From assembly GCF_000142905.1 (NCBI RefSeq), contig NW_013657640.1:247208-311207 (forward strand): a stretch of 64,000 nt of DNA, read 5' to 3'. Shown here piece after piece: positions 63,301 through 64,000 of the stretch. Position numbers and translations under genes: made by a program. Positions within the stretch are counted from its first letter, which is position 1, and every line of letters starts with the position of its first letter. Under the pieces are notes generated by a model. The model ran no database searches, was not told where the DNA came from, and saw only the letters and a list, made by a program, of their open reading frames with translations. Source of the DNA: Thecamonas trahens ATCC 50062. Taxonomy: Eukaryota > Protista > Apusomonadida.

Positions 63301-64000
63301 CGCGGTGGCGCTGCTTGGCGACGAGCCGACTGCGTCGTTTGTGGCGACAACGTTTGTCAACAACGAGGCGCTTGGCGATGGCGGTGGCGCGGTGGCAGTC
63401 CTCTCGCGCGGCGGTAGTGTGAGCTTCACGGAAGGAAGCAAGGTGGTCGACAACCACGCGCCAAGTGGATGTGGCGGCGGGATGCTCATCGAGTCTGCGG
63501 CTGAGGACGTTCGGCTGACGCTGAGCGATACCTTGGTGTGCTCGAACACGGCCGGAAAGCTCGGCGGCGGCCTGGCCGCCTTTGCCGGCTCGGGCGTCGA
63601 GGTGGTGAGCTCCAGTGGCTCGGTGTTTGCCGACAACAGTGCGCGCGCCGGCGGCGGCATCGCCGCCATGGCCGCAAGCTACACTGTGCCGGCGTTCAGC
63701 ACGTTTTCGTCTGCGGCGCTCGCGCGTGCGCCAGCCGGAAGCGGCACCGGCAATGCTACGATTGCGTTTGAGGCTGGCGCGGTGCTCGGTCACAACAAGG
63801 CGGTGTACGGCGGTGGACTGTTTGGCTGCGGCGCGGTCGTTGATGCGCGGGCATTGAGCATGAGCGGCGTGCCGCAGGCGAGCACTGGTGGCGGGTTTGG
63901 CTTCTACTGTCTCCTTAGCGACGGTAGCGCGCCTCAAGGCGAGTCGTGGCTGCTGGCGCCTGTGGTGGGGGGAGTGAGCGGCACGAGCGGCGGGTACGGA
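60396..64000 (+). CDS. Second FG-GAP/PMP-repeat protein, paralog of 20762-26697; -1 frameshift near 62968; 3' end outside the window
   Basis: Collinear with the first copy (CVIEYVEP vs CVVKHVEP; PQLHYELNTASRC vs PQLHYALNVASRC; GVDWT); the -1 frame resumes RPVLSCGGDGGVMF. Confidence 0.88.

Noticed and set aside
1-64000. tRNA, rRNA, transposase, reverse transcriptase or viral genes
   Set aside because: None recognised by eye; small ncRNAs cannot be excluded without a covariance-model search.

Overview
GC-rich, gene-dense, intron-poor eukaryotic (protist) nuclear DNA with about 29 protein-coding genes, four supportable GT-AG introns and two assembly gaps. The style resembles an apusomonad such as Thecamonas, but that is an inference I cannot verify. 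Housekeeping genes include an exportin, frataxin, ECI1, HEATR6, a PGP-type HAD phosphatase, ACOT13, ABHD17, Rpn9, an Akt-like kinase, a histone H3 variant and PPCDC. They are mixed with large modular surface proteins: two FG-GAP/PMP-repeat proteins and an inverted pair of Cys-rich multipass receptor-like genes. The standout is at 52.9-54.6 kb. A MEIS/KNOX-like TALE homeobox gene and a PBX/PBC-like homeobox gene sit head-to-head about 125 bp apart, and a 14-bp perfect inverted repeat gives both the same candidate start (MPRSLR). This layout recalls basidiomycete HD1/HD2 mating-type loci. Other notable points: six genes are each broken by one -1 frameshift at a short homopolymer (probably sequencing error), minisatellites sit in most divergent promoters, and there is a cytidylyltransferase fused to a degenerate CDP-alcohol phosphotransferase domain. 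No rRNA, tRNA, CRISPR array or mobile element was recognised. Family assignments come from motifs recalled from memory, not database searches.
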